This document shows, piece after piece, positions 1 to 9,183 of a stretch of 32,000 nt of DNA. Under the pieces are notes generated by a model. That model was not told where the DNA came from and did not search any database. It worked only from the letters and a program-made list of their open reading frames with translations. How positions within the stretch are numbered: position 1 is the stretch's first letter; every line of letters starts with the position of its first letter. Both the position numbers and the translations under genes were made by a program. The stretch comes from Paracoccus suum (GTDB lineage Bacteria; Pseudomonadota; Alphaproteobacteria; Rhodobacterales; Rhodobacteraceae), in contig NZ_CP030918.1 in NCBI RefSeq assembly GCF_003324675.1, positions 1,260,001 through 1,292,000 on the forward strand, in the 5' to 3' direction.

Positions 1-104
1 CGCAGCGCGCGCGCGGTGGCGGCAAGCCGGCGGGCCTCGACGGCGGTCACAAGCGGCCGGCGCGGCGCCCCTCGCGTCAGCCCCGCGCACAACAGCGCGG
101 CTGA
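1..104 (+). CDS. 3' end of an unidentified upstream CDS (partial, frame 3, stop TGA 102-104)
   Basis: The open frame runs from the window edge to TGA at 102-104. About 28 of 33 codons have G/C at the third position, as expected for coding sequence in this genome. A strong hairpin terminator follows 20 nt downstream. The 34 visible residues are too few to assign a family. Confidence 0.3.
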   Translation, partial: QRARGGGKPAGLDGGHKRPARRPSRQPRAQQRG

Positions 105-122
105 GACGCCAGAACCAATGCG

Positions 123-151
123 AAAGGGCGGCCCCACGGCCGCCCTTTTTT
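123..151. terminator. Rho-independent terminator hairpin between convergent genes
   Basis: The stem is GGGCGGCC (126-133), the loop CCAC, and the return arm GGCCGCCC (138-145), followed by TTTTTT (146-151). An AAA on the other side gives weaker function for the minus-strand gloA, which ends at 172. Confidence 0.75.
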
Positions 152-171
152 ACATCCGCCGCGGCCCCGGC

Positions 172-594
172 TTACCAGTGGCCGGTGTTCGGCATGCTCG
201 CCCAAGGCTCTTGCGGGGGCAGGTGGCCGTCCTGCAGCAATTCGACCGAAACATTGTCGGGGCTGCGCACAAAGGCCATGTGCCCGTCGCGCGGCGGGCG
301 GTTGATCGTCACCCCGGCATCCATCAGCTTCTGGCAGAGGCCGTAAATATCGTCGGTGCGATAGGCGAGGTGGCCGAAATGCCGGCTGTCCGACGGCAGG
401 CCATCGTCGCCATCCCAATTGTAGGTCAGCTCGACCGGCGCCTCGGGTTGGTCAGGCGGCGCCATGAACACCAGCGTAAAGCGGCCCTTTTCATTCTCCA
501 TCCGCTGGATTTCCTCCAGCCCCAGCAGTTTGAAAAAGGCCATCGTCTTATCAAGGTCCAGCACCCGGACCATCGTGTGTTCGTAACGCAGCAT
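172..594 (-). CDS. gloA: Lactoylglutathione lyase (glyoxalase I), VOC superfamily
   Basis: The 140-aa ORF begins [21 protein letters not shown] and contains ELTYNWD and FGHLAY, typical of GloA. Its length matches single-domain-pair glyoxalase I. Confidence 0.85.
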   Translation of the reverse strand: MLRYEHTMVRVLDLDKTMAFFKLLGLEEIQRMENEKGRFTLVFMAPPDQPEAPVELTYNWDGDDGLPSDSRHFGHLAYRTDDIYGLCQKLMDAGVTINRPPRDGHMAFVRSPDNVSVELLQDGHLPPQEPWASMPNTGHW

Positions 595-737
595 GGCTCA
601 CCATCCCAGTTGCAGCCCAAGGGCCGGATAGGCGCAATGTCGCACGGAGCGGGGACGAGGGCCACCGCCCACAGCCCGTTGCGCGAATCCCCCGAAGCCG
701 CCACAAGATGTGCCAACACCCCACGCCGGAGCCTGCC

Positions 738-1643
738 ATGACCCTAACCCCTGACCAGACCGCCGAAATCGACGCCGCCCGCGCGGCCGAATCGCGCACC
801 CTGCGGCCGGTCAGCCCGGGGATGGAGGCGCGGCTCTATACCGCGCATCCGGTGCTCGATCACGGCTTCGTCCGGGTTATCGACTACATGGGCGACGATT
901 CGGCCATCGTGCAGGCGGCGCGGGTCAGCTACGGCCGCGGCACGAAGAAGGTCAGCGACGATGCCGGGCTGATCGCCTACCTGATGCGGCACTGGCACTC
1001 GACCCCGTTCGAGATGTGCGAGGTCAAGTTCCACGTCAAGCTGCCGATCTTCGTCGCCCGCCAGTGGATCCGACACCGCACGGCAAATGTGAACGAGATC
1101 AGCGCCCGCTATTCGATTCTCGACCGCGAATTCTATATTCCCGCGCCCGAAAACCTCGCCGCGCAGTCCGCCTCGAACCGGCAGGGCCGGGGCGAGGCGC
1201 TGGAGGGGGACGAGGCGCAGCGCGTCCTAGACTGGCTGCGCGACGACGCGACGCGCGCCTATGACCATTACGAGGCGATGCTGGGGCAGGAAGGGCAGCA
1301 GGGCCTCGCCCGCGAACTCGCCCGCATGAACCTGCCCGCGAATGTCTATACGCAATGGTACTGGAAGTGCGACCTGCACAACCTGTTCCATTTCCTGCGC
1401 CTGCGCGCCGACCCCCACGCGCAATTCGAGATCCGCGTCTATGCCGAGGCCATGGCCGAAATCACTGCCGACTGGGTGCCGCTCGCCTACGCCGCCTTCG
1501 AGGACTACCGCATGGGCGGCGCGCAATTGTCAGCGAAGGGCGTGAAGGTGCTGAAACGGCGCTTGCGCGGGGAGGTGGTCTCGCAGGAGGATAGCGGGAT
1601 GAGCAAGGGCGAGTGGCGGGAGTTTGAGGGGGTGTGGGGGTGA
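738..1643 (+). CDS. thyX: FAD-dependent thymidylate synthase ThyX
   Basis: The ThyX signature [15 protein letters not shown] (RHRxxSxNxxSxR-type) is present, and about 300 aa is a typical ThyX length. I chose the start at ATG 738 (MTLTPDQ) rather than the ORF-track start at 708. Confidence 0.9.
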   Translation: MTLTPDQTAEIDAARAAESRTLRPVSPGMEARLYTAHPVLDHGFVRVIDYMGDDSAIVQAARVSYGRGTKKVSDDAGLIAYLMRHWHSTPFEMCEVKFHVKLPIFVARQWIRHRTANVNEISARYSILDREFYIPAPENLAAQSASNRQGRGEALEGDEAQRVLDWLRDDATRAYDHYEAMLGQEGQQGLARELARMNLPANVYTQWYWKCDLHNLFHFLRLRADPHAQFEIRVYAEAMAEITADWVPLAYAAFEDYRMGGAQLSAKGVKVLKRRLRGEVVSQEDSGMSKGEWREFEGVWG

Positions 1644-3199
1644 GGGAACTTGCACAGATCGAAAACTTCGGCGGAACCGACGCAGACGATGATCCACTTT
1701 TATTGGTCGCCTTTGAGGATCACCGCTCCTATATCGCAGTGCACGATCTGCGGCGATACGTCGTTTTAGGTCGCAAGGGATCAGGTAAGACCGCGATTTT
1801 CCGCAAGCTCTTAAACACGGATACCGGGAATGTTCTTGTGGAAGGCCACGTTTTTTCTGATTATCCGTGGCACCACCACGCTATGCAAAGATCGACAGGA
1901 GTCCCAGACGAGCTTTGCTATGTGTCGAGCTGGGAGTACCTCATAAATGTGTCGTTCGCAAAGATTTTATTGAATAGAGATGAGTCATATCCTTATGCGG
2001 AGGAGGCTTGGGACAGTGCTGCTCTCCTAGAGAGGTTCATTGTCGATACCTATGGTGTGCGTGATCCGCTAATCAGCAACGTGTTTACGCCATCCCATGG
2101 CATATCGGTGTCCGGAAAATTAGGCATTGATCTAAAGCTAGCAAGTCTCGAAGTTGCGGCGGAGCGAGTGCCCTTTGATCATTTGCCGACTATTGTTCAA
2201 GAGGTAAATCGCAACCTTTTGAACGCAATTTTGACGTCAGCGAACCCTGACATAAAATACATTGTTTGTTTTGATGAACTGGACTTGGGTTTCACGCCTG
2301 GGGACGCGGATTATGCTCACCGCCTCATGGGCTTGTTGGTAGCCGCGAAGCGCTTCAACAGTGACGCGAGGAAGATGAAGCGCTCTCTTCTCGTAGTCGT
2401 ATTCTTACGAACTGACATATTTAACATTCTGCGATTTGAAGATAGAAACAAAATCCTTGAGGGAGGAGCTACCACCATTTCATGGGACACTACTCCAGCT
2501 TCTGACAAGTTGTCATCTTTGATGGAGAAGCGTTTCGCTAGTGTCTTAGCTGCTGGCCGGAACGTGGCTTGGGATGATGTCTTCGAAGATCAGGACATGA
2601 CAAGCCGTCAGAGAAAATACTCGCATATGCTTGATCGGACATTTCTTCGACCAAGAGATATGATCAAATTTTGCAATGAGGTTCTTGTCGCCTATAAAGT
2701 CCGTGGCGGTTCTGGGAAGTTCTCCAACGCAGATATTATTAGCGCCCGCAGGCCCTATTCTCTTTACCTTTATAGGGAGCTAGAAGATGAGCTTCCAAAA
2801 CACTATCCAGATTACGCGATATATTTCGACATCGTTAAAGAAGTGGGAGTAACTCAATTCTCGAAAAATGCTTTTTCACTAGCATATGATCAGCATAAAG
2901 GCAGGTTATCAGAGGAAGTGCCGGCAGACGCGGTTCTGGCAAGACTTTTTGAGTTCTCCATCATTGGGTACTTAAAGTCAGGCGGAGGAGCAGTCGGTAG
3001 TCTATATGTATGGAAGCATAAGGACTCTGACGCAGTCTTCGACGATCGGGCACTCTGGTACCGAGTGCACTACGGGTTGGTAGAGTATTTGGAGCTGAGG
3101 AGACGCCAAAGGCGAAGGGAGCGTCTGGGAGTTGAGGAGTGCACTGACGTTGAGGCTGCCGTGGATGAGTTAGAAGCGGACGAGGTTCCTGACAACTAA
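1634..3199 (+). CDS. Orphan P-loop NTPase, KAP/Sll1717-like, with no recognisable effector domain; candidate defence or abortive-infection protein
   Basis: This is a 521-aa uninterrupted ORF in a low-GC segment. Walker A is GRKGSGKT (aa 46-53, nt 1769-1792) and Walker B is IVCFDELD (aa 210-217, nt 2261-2284). A sensor-like strand [10 protein letters not shown] and the motif [12 protein letters not shown] (aa 337-348) follow; the latter resembles the PRxxKRFxN motif of KAP-family NTPases as I recall it. Codons are A/T-rich at the third position, unlike every neighbour. The start is GTG 1634 or GTG 1640, and GAGGGGG at 1626-1632 favours 1640. Both starts overlap the thyX stop at 1641-1643. Confidence 0.85.
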   Translation: MGVRELAQIENFGGTDADDDPLLLVAFEDHRSYIAVHDLRRYVVLGRKGSGKTAIFRKLLNTDTGNVLVEGHVFSDYPWHHHAMQRSTGVPDELCYVSSWEYLINVSFAKILLNRDESYPYAEEAWDSAALLERFIVDTYGVRDPLISNVFTPSHGISVSGKLGIDLKLASLEVAAERVPFDHLPTIVQEVNRNLLNAILTSANPDIKYIVCFDELDLGFTPGDADYAHRLMGLLVAAKRFNSDARKMKRSLLVVVFLRTDIFNILRFEDRNKILEGGATTISWDTTPASDKLSSLMEKRFASVLAAGRNVAWDDVFEDQDMTSRQRKYSHMLDRTFLRPRDMIKFCNEVLVAYKVRGGSGKFSNADIISARRPYSLYLYRELEDELPKHYPDYAIYFDIVKEVGVTQFSKNAFSLAYDQHKGRLSEEVPADAVLARLFEFSIIGYLKSGGGAVGSLYVWKHKDSDAVFDDRALWYRVHYGLVEYLELRRRQRRRERLGVEECTDVEAAVDELEADEVPDN

Positions 3200-3219
3200 G
3201 CTTCAAGCTTGAAACAACC
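1644..3219. other. Low-GC islet of ~1.6 kb, probably horizontally acquired, carrying a single gene
   Basis: Hand GC counts per 60-nt line are: 1681-1740 50%, 1921-1980 40%, 2401-2460 30%, 2761-2820 40% and 3121-3180 58%. Flanking lines 1501-1560 and 3301-3360 are both 63%. There is no integrase, transposase or tRNA at either edge. Confidence 0.75.
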
Positions 3220-3260
3220 CCCGTCCTCGTGCCACACTCCCCTCACACCCACGAGACGGG
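3220..3260 (+). promoter_or_regulatory. Stem-loop at the right-hand islet junction, 10 nt upstream of the operon start codon
   Basis: CCCGTCCTCGTG (3220-3231) pairs with CACGAGACGGG (3250-3260), giving 11 bp with one bulged C and an 18-nt C-rich loop. No T-run follows, so it is not a classic intrinsic terminator. It could be an attenuator, an operator or a recombination scar. Confidence 0.45.
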
Positions 3261-3269
3261 ACCGCCTGG

Positions 3270-5555
3270 ATGAAAACTCTCTGCCTCGGCGGAGGCCCCG
3301 CGGGCCTCTATTTCGCCATCTCGATGAAGCTCCGCGATCCCTCGCACGAGGTGACGGTGGTGGAGCGCAACAAGGCCAATGACACCTTCGGCTGGGGCGT
3401 CGTCCTCAGCGATGACGCGCTCTCGCGGCTGCAGCGGAACGATCCGGTCTCGGCCGAGGCGATCCGCAGCAAGTTCGCCTATTGGGACGACATCGCCGTC
3501 ATCAAGGAGGGCGAGCGCATCGTCTCGGGCGGGCATGGCTTTGCCGGGATCGGGCGCAAGCAGATGCTCATCATCCTGCAGGCCCGCGCGCGCGAGCTGG
3601 GGGTAGATCTGCAGTTCGAGACGACCTTCCGCTCGGCCGAGGAATACCGCGCCGAATATGACCTGGTGATCGGCTGCGACGGCCTCAACAGCGTCGTGCG
3701 CAAGGAATACGAGGACGTCTTCAAGCCGGACATCGACATGCGGCTGGCCAAGTTCATCTGGCTCGGCACGCATCAGAAGTTCGACGACGCCTTCACCTTC
3801 ATCTTCGAGAAGGCGCCCGAGGGCTGGGTCTGGGCCCATGTCTACCAGTTCGACGCCGACACCGCGACCTTCATCGTCGAGACGACGCAGGAGGTGTGGG
3901 AGCGCATGGGCTTCGCCGACATGAGCAAGGAGGAGATCGTCGAGAAGTGCCGGCAGCTCTTTGCCGACCACCTCGGCGGTCACGAGCTGATGTCGAACGC
4001 GGCGCATCTGCGCGGCTCGGCGGTGTGGTCGAACTTTCCGCGCGTGATCTGCGAGCGGTGGTACCACGAGAATGTCGTGCTGATGGGCGATGCCGCGGCG
4101 ACCGGGCATTTCTCGATCGGCTCGGGCACGCGGCTGGCCCTCGACAGCGCCATCGCGCTGGCCGACTACCTGCACAGCGAGCCGACGATGGAGGCCGCGT
4201 TCGAGCGTTACCAGGACGAGCGTCGGGTCGAGGTGCTGCGCCTGCAATCGGCCGCACGCAACAGCCTCGAATGGTTCGAGGAGGTGGAGCGTTACCTCGG
4301 CTTTGACCCGGTGCAGTTCAACTATTCGCTGCTGACCCGCAGCCAGCGTATCAGCCACGAGAACCTGCGCCTGCGCGATCCGGAATGGCTGCGTGGGGCC
4401 GAGGACTGGTTCCAGGGCCAGGCCGGGGGCCAGCCCGGCCGCGCGCCGATGTTCGCGCCGTTCCAGCTGCGCGACATGGCGCTGAAGAACCGCGTCGTCG
4501 TCTCGCCCATGGCGCAGTACAAGGCCGTGGACGGGACCCCGACCGACTGGCACCTGGTCCATTACGGCGAGCGCGCCAAGGGCGGCGCGGGTCTGGTCTA
4601 TACCGAGATGACCTGCGTCAGCCCCGAGGGTCGCATCACCCCCGGCTGCCCCGGCCTCTACACGCCCGAACACGAGGCCGCCTGGCGCCGGATCGTGGAC
4701 TTCATCCATGCCGAGACCGACGCCAAGGTCTGTTGCCAGATCGGCCATTCCGGCCGCAAGGGCAGCACGAACATCGGCTGGGAGGGGATGGACAAGCCGC
4801 TGAAGGACGGCAACTGGCCGCTGCTGTCTGCCTCGGCCATCGCGTGGTCGCCCGGCAACGCGGTGCCCAAGGCGATGGACCGCGCCGACATGGACATGGT
4901 GAAGAGCGAGTTCGTGGCCTCGACCGAGATGGCGGCCCGCTGCGGCTTCGACATGGTCGAGTTGCACGCCGCGCACGGCTATCTGATCTCGTCCTTCCTC
5001 AGCCCCGCCTCGAACATCCGCACCGACGAATATGGCGGCAGCCTGGAAAACCGGCTGCGCTATCCGCTGGAGGTTTTCCGGGCCATGCGCGCCGTCTGGC
5101 CCGCCGAAAAGCCGATGTCGGTGCGGATCAGCGCCAATGACTGGCTGGGCGACGAGGGCGTCACCCCGGCCGAAGCGGTGCAGATCGCCCGCGCCTTCCA
5201 CGAGGCGGGGGCCGACATCATCGACGTGTCGGCTGGCCAGACCAGTATCGACGGCAAGCCGGTTTATGGCCGGATGTTCCAGACCCCGTTCAGTGACCGC
5301 ATCCGCAACGAGCTGCACATCCCGACCATGGCGGTGGGGAACATCACCGACGCGGACCAGGTCAATTCGATCCTGATGGCGGGCCGGGCGGATCTGGTCT
5401 GCCTCGCGCGCCCGCATCTCGCGAACCCGTACTGGACGCTGCATGCAGCAACCGCGCTGGGCGACAAGGCGACGCCCTGGCCGCAGCCCTATGCCGCCGG
5501 GGGCGATCAGGCGCGCCGCCTGCGCGAGCGCGAGCAGGAGCAGTTCCGTGCCTGA
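3270..5555 (+). CDS. Bifunctional aryl-CoA monooxygenase/reductase (2-aminobenzoyl-CoA monooxygenase/reductase or salicylyl-CoA 5-hydroxylase type)
   Basis: The 761-aa fusion has an N-terminal FAD aromatic hydroxylase with [10 protein letters not shown] (GxGxxG), the DG motif [14 protein letters not shown] and the GD motif [16 protein letters not shown]. The C-terminal half is an Old Yellow Enzyme-type NADH:flavin oxidoreductase ([37 protein letters not shown]). This fusion architecture is characteristic of that family. Confidence 0.85.
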   Translation: MKTLCLGGGPAGLYFAISMKLRDPSHEVTVVERNKANDTFGWGVVLSDDALSRLQRNDPVSAEAIRSKFAYWDDIAVIKEGERIVSGGHGFAGIGRKQMLIILQARARELGVDLQFETTFRSAEEYRAEYDLVIGCDGLNSVVRKEYEDVFKPDIDMRLAKFIWLGTHQKFDDAFTFIFEKAPEGWVWAHVYQFDADTATFIVETTQEVWERMGFADMSKEEIVEKCRQLFADHLGGHELMSNAAHLRGSAVWSNFPRVICERWYHENVVLMGDAAATGHFSIGSGTRLALDSAIALADYLHSEPTMEAAFERYQDERRVEVLRLQSAARNSLEWFEEVERYLGFDPVQFNYSLLTRSQRISHENLRLRDPEWLRGAEDWFQGQAGGQPGRAPMFAPFQLRDMALKNRVVVSPMAQYKAVDGTPTDWHLVHYGERAKGGAGLVYTEMTCVSPEGRITPGCPGLYTPEHEAAWRRIVDFIHAETDAKVCCQIGHSGRKGSTNIGWEGMDKPLKDGNWPLLSASAIAWSPGNAVPKAMDRADMDMVKSEFVASTEMAARCGFDMVELHAAHGYLISSFLSPASNIRTDEYGGSLENRLRYPLEVFRAMRAVWPAEKPMSVRISANDWLGDEGVTPAEAVQIARAFHEAGADIIDVSAGQTSIDGKPVYGRMFQTPFSDRIRNELHIPTMAVGNITDADQVNSILMAGRADLVCLARPHLANPYWTLHAATALGDKATPWPQPYAAGGDQARRLREREQEQFRA

Positions 5556-6288
5556 CCTTGCGGGCCGCGGCGTGCTGATCACCGGCGGTGGCAGCGGCGC
5601 CGGTGCCGACCTCGCCCGCGGCTTTGCCGACGCCGGGGCACGGGTCGTGATTGCTGGCCGGCGGCAGGGCCCGCTCGATGCCGTGGCGGCCGCCACTGGC
5701 GCCGCGGCGATCACCGCGGACGTCACCGACGAGGCCAGCGTTGCCGCCATGTTCGACGCCGCCGGCCCGGTGCAGATCGTCATCGCCAATGCCGGCGCCG
5801 CCGACAGCGCCCCATTTGCCCGCACCACGCTGGAGCAATGGAACGCCATGCTGGCCGTCAACCTGACCGGCGTGTTCCTGACGCTGCGCGAAGGGCTGCG
5901 GCGGCTGGATGGCTGGGGCCGGCTAATCAGCGTCGCCTCTACCGCGGGCCTCAAGGGCTATGCCTATGTCGCCCCCTATGTTGCTGCGAAACATGGCGTG
6001 GTGGGCCTGACCCGCAGCCTCGCGCAGGAGATTGCGCGCGGGCCGGTCACCGCCAATGCCCTGTGCCCCGGTTTTCTGGATACCGAGATGACCGACCGCT
6101 CGGTCGATAACATCATGCGGACGACCGGCCGCGACCGCGAGGCGGCGCTGAAGGCGCTGACCGCGACCAATCCCCAGCGCCGGCTGATCGCCCCGGCCGA
6201 GGTGACCGCCGCCGCCCTTTGGCTGTGCGGGCCGGGCTCCGAAGGGATCAACGGCCAGGCAATCGCCATCGCCGGGGGCGAGGTCTGA
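5548..6288 (+). CDS. Short-chain dehydrogenase/reductase (SDR), probably 3-hydroxyacyl-CoA dehydrogenase-like
   Basis: It has the cofactor motif [14 protein letters not shown] (IANAGA) and the catalytic YxxxK (YVAAKHGV). The start is GTG 5548, in frame and overlapping the upstream stop by 8 nt. The upstream part of track ORF 5443-6288 overlaps the preceding gene and was discarded. Confidence 0.8.
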   Translation: MPDLAGRGVLITGGGSGAGADLARGFADAGARVVIAGRRQGPLDAVAAATGAAAITADVTDEASVAAMFDAAGPVQIVIANAGAADSAPFARTTLEQWNAMLAVNLTGVFLTLREGLRRLDGWGRLISVASTAGLKGYAYVAPYVAAKHGVVGLTRSLAQEIARGPVTANALCPGFLDTEMTDRSVDNIMRTTGRDREAALKALTATNPQRRLIAPAEVTAAALWLCGPGSEGINGQAIAIAGGEV

Positions 6289-6743
6289 TGGACAGCGCGG
6301 CCGAATCCCTCTCCAAGCGCAGGCTGCGGGCGTGGATCCGGCTTCTGGGCGTCACCCGCCATGCCGAGGCGCAGTTGCGCGACTACCTGCGCCGCGAGCA
6401 TGGCACGACCTTGCCGCGCTTTGACGTGATGGCCGCACTTTGGCGACGCAGCGCCCCGGTGCCAATGGGTGAGTTGAGCCGGATGCTGCTGATCTCGAAC
6501 GGCAATGCCACTGACGTGGTATCCCGGCTGGAGGCCGAGGGGCTCGCCCTTCGCACGCCCTCGTCCGAGGATCGGCGCACCGTGCTGGTTGCCCTGACGG
6601 ACGCCGGCATCGCCGCGTTCGAGGGAATGGCCGAGGGTCACGAGGGCGAGGTCGACCAGCTGCTTGGCACCCTCGATGGAACAGAACTGGACACGCTGCG
6701 GGCAATTCTGCGGAAAGTCTCGCCGGGAAGGGATCGGGAATGA
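6288..6743 (+). CDS. MarR-family transcriptional regulator
   Basis: This 151-aa protein has the winged-helix pattern [10 protein letters not shown]...[32 protein letters not shown] typical of MarR. ATG 6288 overlaps the upstream TGA by 1 nt (TGATG). Confidence 0.8.
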   Translation: MDSAAESLSKRRLRAWIRLLGVTRHAEAQLRDYLRREHGTTLPRFDVMAALWRRSAPVPMGELSRMLLISNGNATDVVSRLEAEGLALRTPSSEDRRTVLVALTDAGIAAFEGMAEGHEGEVDQLLGTLDGTELDTLRAILRKVSPGRDRE

Positions 6744-7564
6744 CATTCAACGGCACCACCATGGCGGGCCTGGCCCCGAGACATTTCCTCTGGTCGGTGG
6801 ACGGGCGCGTGGCGACGATCCGGCTCGACCGTCCGGACCGCAAGAACCCGCTGACCTTCGACAGCTATGCCGAACTGCGCGATACCTTTCGCGGGCTCGT
6901 CTATGCCGACGATGTCGATGTGGTGGTGATCGCCTCGAACGGGGGGAATTTCTGCTCGGGCGGGGATGTGCATGACATCATTGGTCCGCTGGTCGGGATG
7001 GACATGCGCGATCTGCTGGCCTTTACCCGCATGACCGGCGATCTGGTCAAGGCGATGCTGAACTGCGGCAAGCCGATCATCGCCGCTGTGGATGGCGTCT
7101 GCGTCGGCGCGGGGGCCATCATGGCTATGGCGAGCGATCTGCGCCTCGCCACGCCCGCGGCGAAATGCGCCTTCCTGTTCACCCGGGTCGGCCTTGCCGG
7201 TTGCGACATGGGCGCCTGCGCCATGCTGCCGCGCATCATCGGCCAAGGCCGCGCGGCCGAGTTGCTCTATACTGGCCGGGTCATGACCGCGGACGAAGGC
7301 GCCGCCTGGGGCTTCTGGAACGCGCTGCATCCGGCGGAAAGCCTCGACGAGGCCGCGCTGACGCTCGCCGGGCGCATCGCCTCGGGCCCGACCTTCGCGC
7401 ATGGCATCACCAAGACCCAGCTGAACCAGGAATGGAACATGGGCCTCGATCAGGCGATCGAGGCCGAGGCGCAGGCCCAGGCCATCTGCATGCAGACCCA
7501 GGATTTCGAGCGCGCCTACCGCGCGTTCGTCGCCAAGGAAAAGCCGGTGTTCGAGGGTAACTGA
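6740..7564 (+). CDS. Enoyl-CoA hydratase/isomerase (crotonase) family protein
   Basis: The 274-aa protein has crotonase features: FCSGGDV, the oxyanion-hole region [21 protein letters not shown], and ELLYTGR. It has an ATGA overlap with the marR stop. Confidence 0.85.
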   Translation: MTFNGTTMAGLAPRHFLWSVDGRVATIRLDRPDRKNPLTFDSYAELRDTFRGLVYADDVDVVVIASNGGNFCSGGDVHDIIGPLVGMDMRDLLAFTRMTGDLVKAMLNCGKPIIAAVDGVCVGAGAIMAMASDLRLATPAAKCAFLFTRVGLAGCDMGACAMLPRIIGQGRAAELLYTGRVMTADEGAAWGFWNALHPAESLDEAALTLAGRIASGPTFAHGITKTQLNQEWNMGLDQAIEAEAQAQAICMQTQDFERAYRAFVAKEKPVFEGN

Positions 7565-7594
7565 CCCGGCGCGAGTGCCCGCGCCCGGAGATAT

Positions 7595-8761
7595 TTGGAT
7601 CAGGTCGACATGGATCGCAGCTTTCTGGACTGGCCGTTTTTTGAGGATCGCCACCGCGTATTCCAGCGCGACCTGAACGCATGGGCCGGGCAGACGCTGG
7701 GTCACGTCGATCATTCGGACACTGACGCCGCCTGCCGCGATCTGGTCACGCGGCTCGGGGCTGGGGGCTGGTTGCAGCCGACGGCGGGCGATGCGCTCGA
7801 CGTTCGCACCCTGTGCCTCGCGCGTGAGACGCTGGCCCGTCACGACGGGCTGGCTGATTTCGCCTTTGCGATGCAGGGCCTCGGCATGGGCGCGATCAGC
7901 CTCTTCGGCACCGAGCAGCAGCGCGCCTGGCTGGAGCGGACGCGCGAGGGCCACGCCATTGCCGCGTTCGCACTGACCGAACCCGGCGCGGGATCGGACG
8001 TCGCCTCGACCGCCACGACCGCCCGCCGCGAGGGCGAGGAATGGGTGCTGGATGGCGAAAAGACCTACATCTCGAACGGCGGCATCGCCGATGTCTATGT
8101 CGTCTTTGCCCGTACGGGCGAGGCGCCCGGCGCGCGGGGCCTCTCGGCCTTCCTGATGCCGGCAAACACGCCCGGTCTCGAAATTCTCGATCGCATCGAC
8201 GTCATGGCGCCGCACCCGCTGGCGCATTTGCGCCTGAACGGCCTGCGCTTGCCGGTCGACGCTCTGATTGGGCAGCCCGGGCAGGGCTTCAAGATCGCCA
8301 TGTCGGTGCTGGACGTGTTCCGCTCGACCGTCGGCGCGGCCGCGCTGGGCTTCGCCCGACGCGCGCTGGACGAGGCGCTCGCCCGCGCCAGCCGCACCCG
8401 CGCCGACGGCGGCACCCTTGCCGGATTCCAGATGGTGCAGGGCCACCTGGCCGACATGGCGCTGCAGATCGACGCTGCAGCGCTGCTGGTCTATCGTGCC
8501 GCCTGGACCAAGGACATGGGCGCGGCCCGGGTCAGCCGCGAGGCGGCGATGGCCAAGCTCTATGCCACCGAGGCCGCGCAGAAAGTCATCGACATGGCCG
8601 TCCAGTTGCACGGCGGCGACGGCGTGCGCAGCGGCCAGATCGTCGAGCGCCTCTACCGCGAAATCCGCGCGCTGCGCATCTACGAGGGCGCCAGCGACGT
8701 CCAGCGGGTCGTCATCGCCCGCGCCGTCCTCGACCAGTTTGCCGCATCGGATGCCTGCTGA
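7595..8761 (+). CDS. Acyl-CoA dehydrogenase family protein
   Basis: ACAD motifs are present: [19 protein letters not shown] and the C-terminal [15 protein letters not shown]. The start is ambiguous between TTG 7595 (5 nt after GGAG 7587-7590) and ATG 7610 (MDRSFLDW). Confidence 0.85.
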   Translation: MDQVDMDRSFLDWPFFEDRHRVFQRDLNAWAGQTLGHVDHSDTDAACRDLVTRLGAGGWLQPTAGDALDVRTLCLARETLARHDGLADFAFAMQGLGMGAISLFGTEQQRAWLERTREGHAIAAFALTEPGAGSDVASTATTARREGEEWVLDGEKTYISNGGIADVYVVFARTGEAPGARGLSAFLMPANTPGLEILDRIDVMAPHPLAHLRLNGLRLPVDALIGQPGQGFKIAMSVLDVFRSTVGAAALGFARRALDEALARASRTRADGGTLAGFQMVQGHLADMALQIDAAALLVYRAAWTKDMGAARVSREAAMAKLYATEAAQKVIDMAVQLHGGDGVRSGQIVERLYREIRALRIYEGASDVQRVVIARAVLDQFAASDAC

Positions 8762-9183
8762 TGCCCTATTCCCGCGTGATCCAGGTCGAGTTCAACCACT
8801 GCGACCCCGCCGGAATCGTGTTCTATCCGCGGTTTCTGGAATTCGCGAACTCGGTGACCGAAAACTTCTTCGCCGATGTGGTCGGCCGCAGCTACGCCCG
8901 GATCATCGCGGACCGCAGCGGCGTGCCGACCGTCAGCCTCGAATGCGATTTCCGTCACCCCTCGCGCCTTGGCGACCGGCTGACGATGAAACTACGGGTC
9001 ACTGGCATCGGGCGCTCCAGCCTCGATCTGGCGATCACCGGACGAGGGAAGGGCGAGGCCGAGCCCCGCTTTTCCATTGCCAAGCGGGTCGCCTTTATCG
9101 ACGCCGCCGCCATGCGATCCACCCCCTGGCCCGAAGAAATGCGCGCCAACCTTGCCGCCGCGATGAAAGAGGACACGCCATGA
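8761..9183 (+). CDS. Hotdog-fold acyl-CoA thioesterase (4-hydroxybenzoyl-CoA thioesterase/YbgC-like)
   Basis: The 140-aa protein begins [25 protein letters not shown]. The early D plus the GIVFY pattern is typical of 4HBT-class thioesterases. ATG 8761 overlaps the upstream TGA by 1 nt. Confidence 0.75.
   Translation: MPYSRVIQVEFNHCDPAGIVFYPRFLEFANSVTENFFADVVGRSYARIIADRSGVPTVSLECDFRHPSRLGDRLTMKLRVTGIGRSSLDLAITGRGKGEAEPRFSIAKRVAFIDAAAMRSTPWPEEMRANLAAAMKEDTP

Noticed and set aside
16-741. 241-aa plus-strand ORF covering the gloA region
   Set aside because: It is antisense to gloA and runs straight through a strong terminator hairpin (123-151). Only its first ~100 nt, in a different frame, looks like the tail of a real upstream gene.
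738-1643. thyX considered as part of the foreign islet (phage-derived thymidylate synthase)
   Set aside because: Its GC content and codon bias match the host flanks, and it has a normal divergent arrangement with gloA. Only the DNA after its stop codon is compositionally foreign.
2317-3206. Two small minus-strand ORFs (2317-2508, 63 aa; 2961-3206, 81 aa) inside the islet, considered as possible partner, antitoxin or immunity genes
   Set aside because: Both are fully antisense to the NTPase ORF and have no RBS or motif I can see, and short ORFs of this size are expected by chance in AT-richer DNA. An antisense small protein or RNA cannot be fully excluded without expression data.
3198-3210. 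AAGCTT-C-AAGCTT doubled palindrome right after the NTPase stop codon, considered as a terminator
   Set aside because: The arms are only 6 nt with a 1-nt spacer, so the hairpin would be unstable, and no T-run follows. I kept it only as a junction landmark.
3243-5954. 903-aa ORF on the minus strand spanning the monooxygenase/reductase and SDR genes
   Set aside because: It is antisense to two ORFs with unambiguous family motifs. Its translation is Ala/Arg/Gly/Pro/Val-rich low complexity with no motif I recognise. Long stop-free antisense frames are expected at this GC content.
6638-8611. 657-aa minus-strand ORF over the crotonase and acyl-CoA dehydrogenase genes
   Set aside because: This is a shadow ORF antisense to genes with clear crotonase and ACAD signatures, with a low-complexity Arg/Gly/Ala composition.
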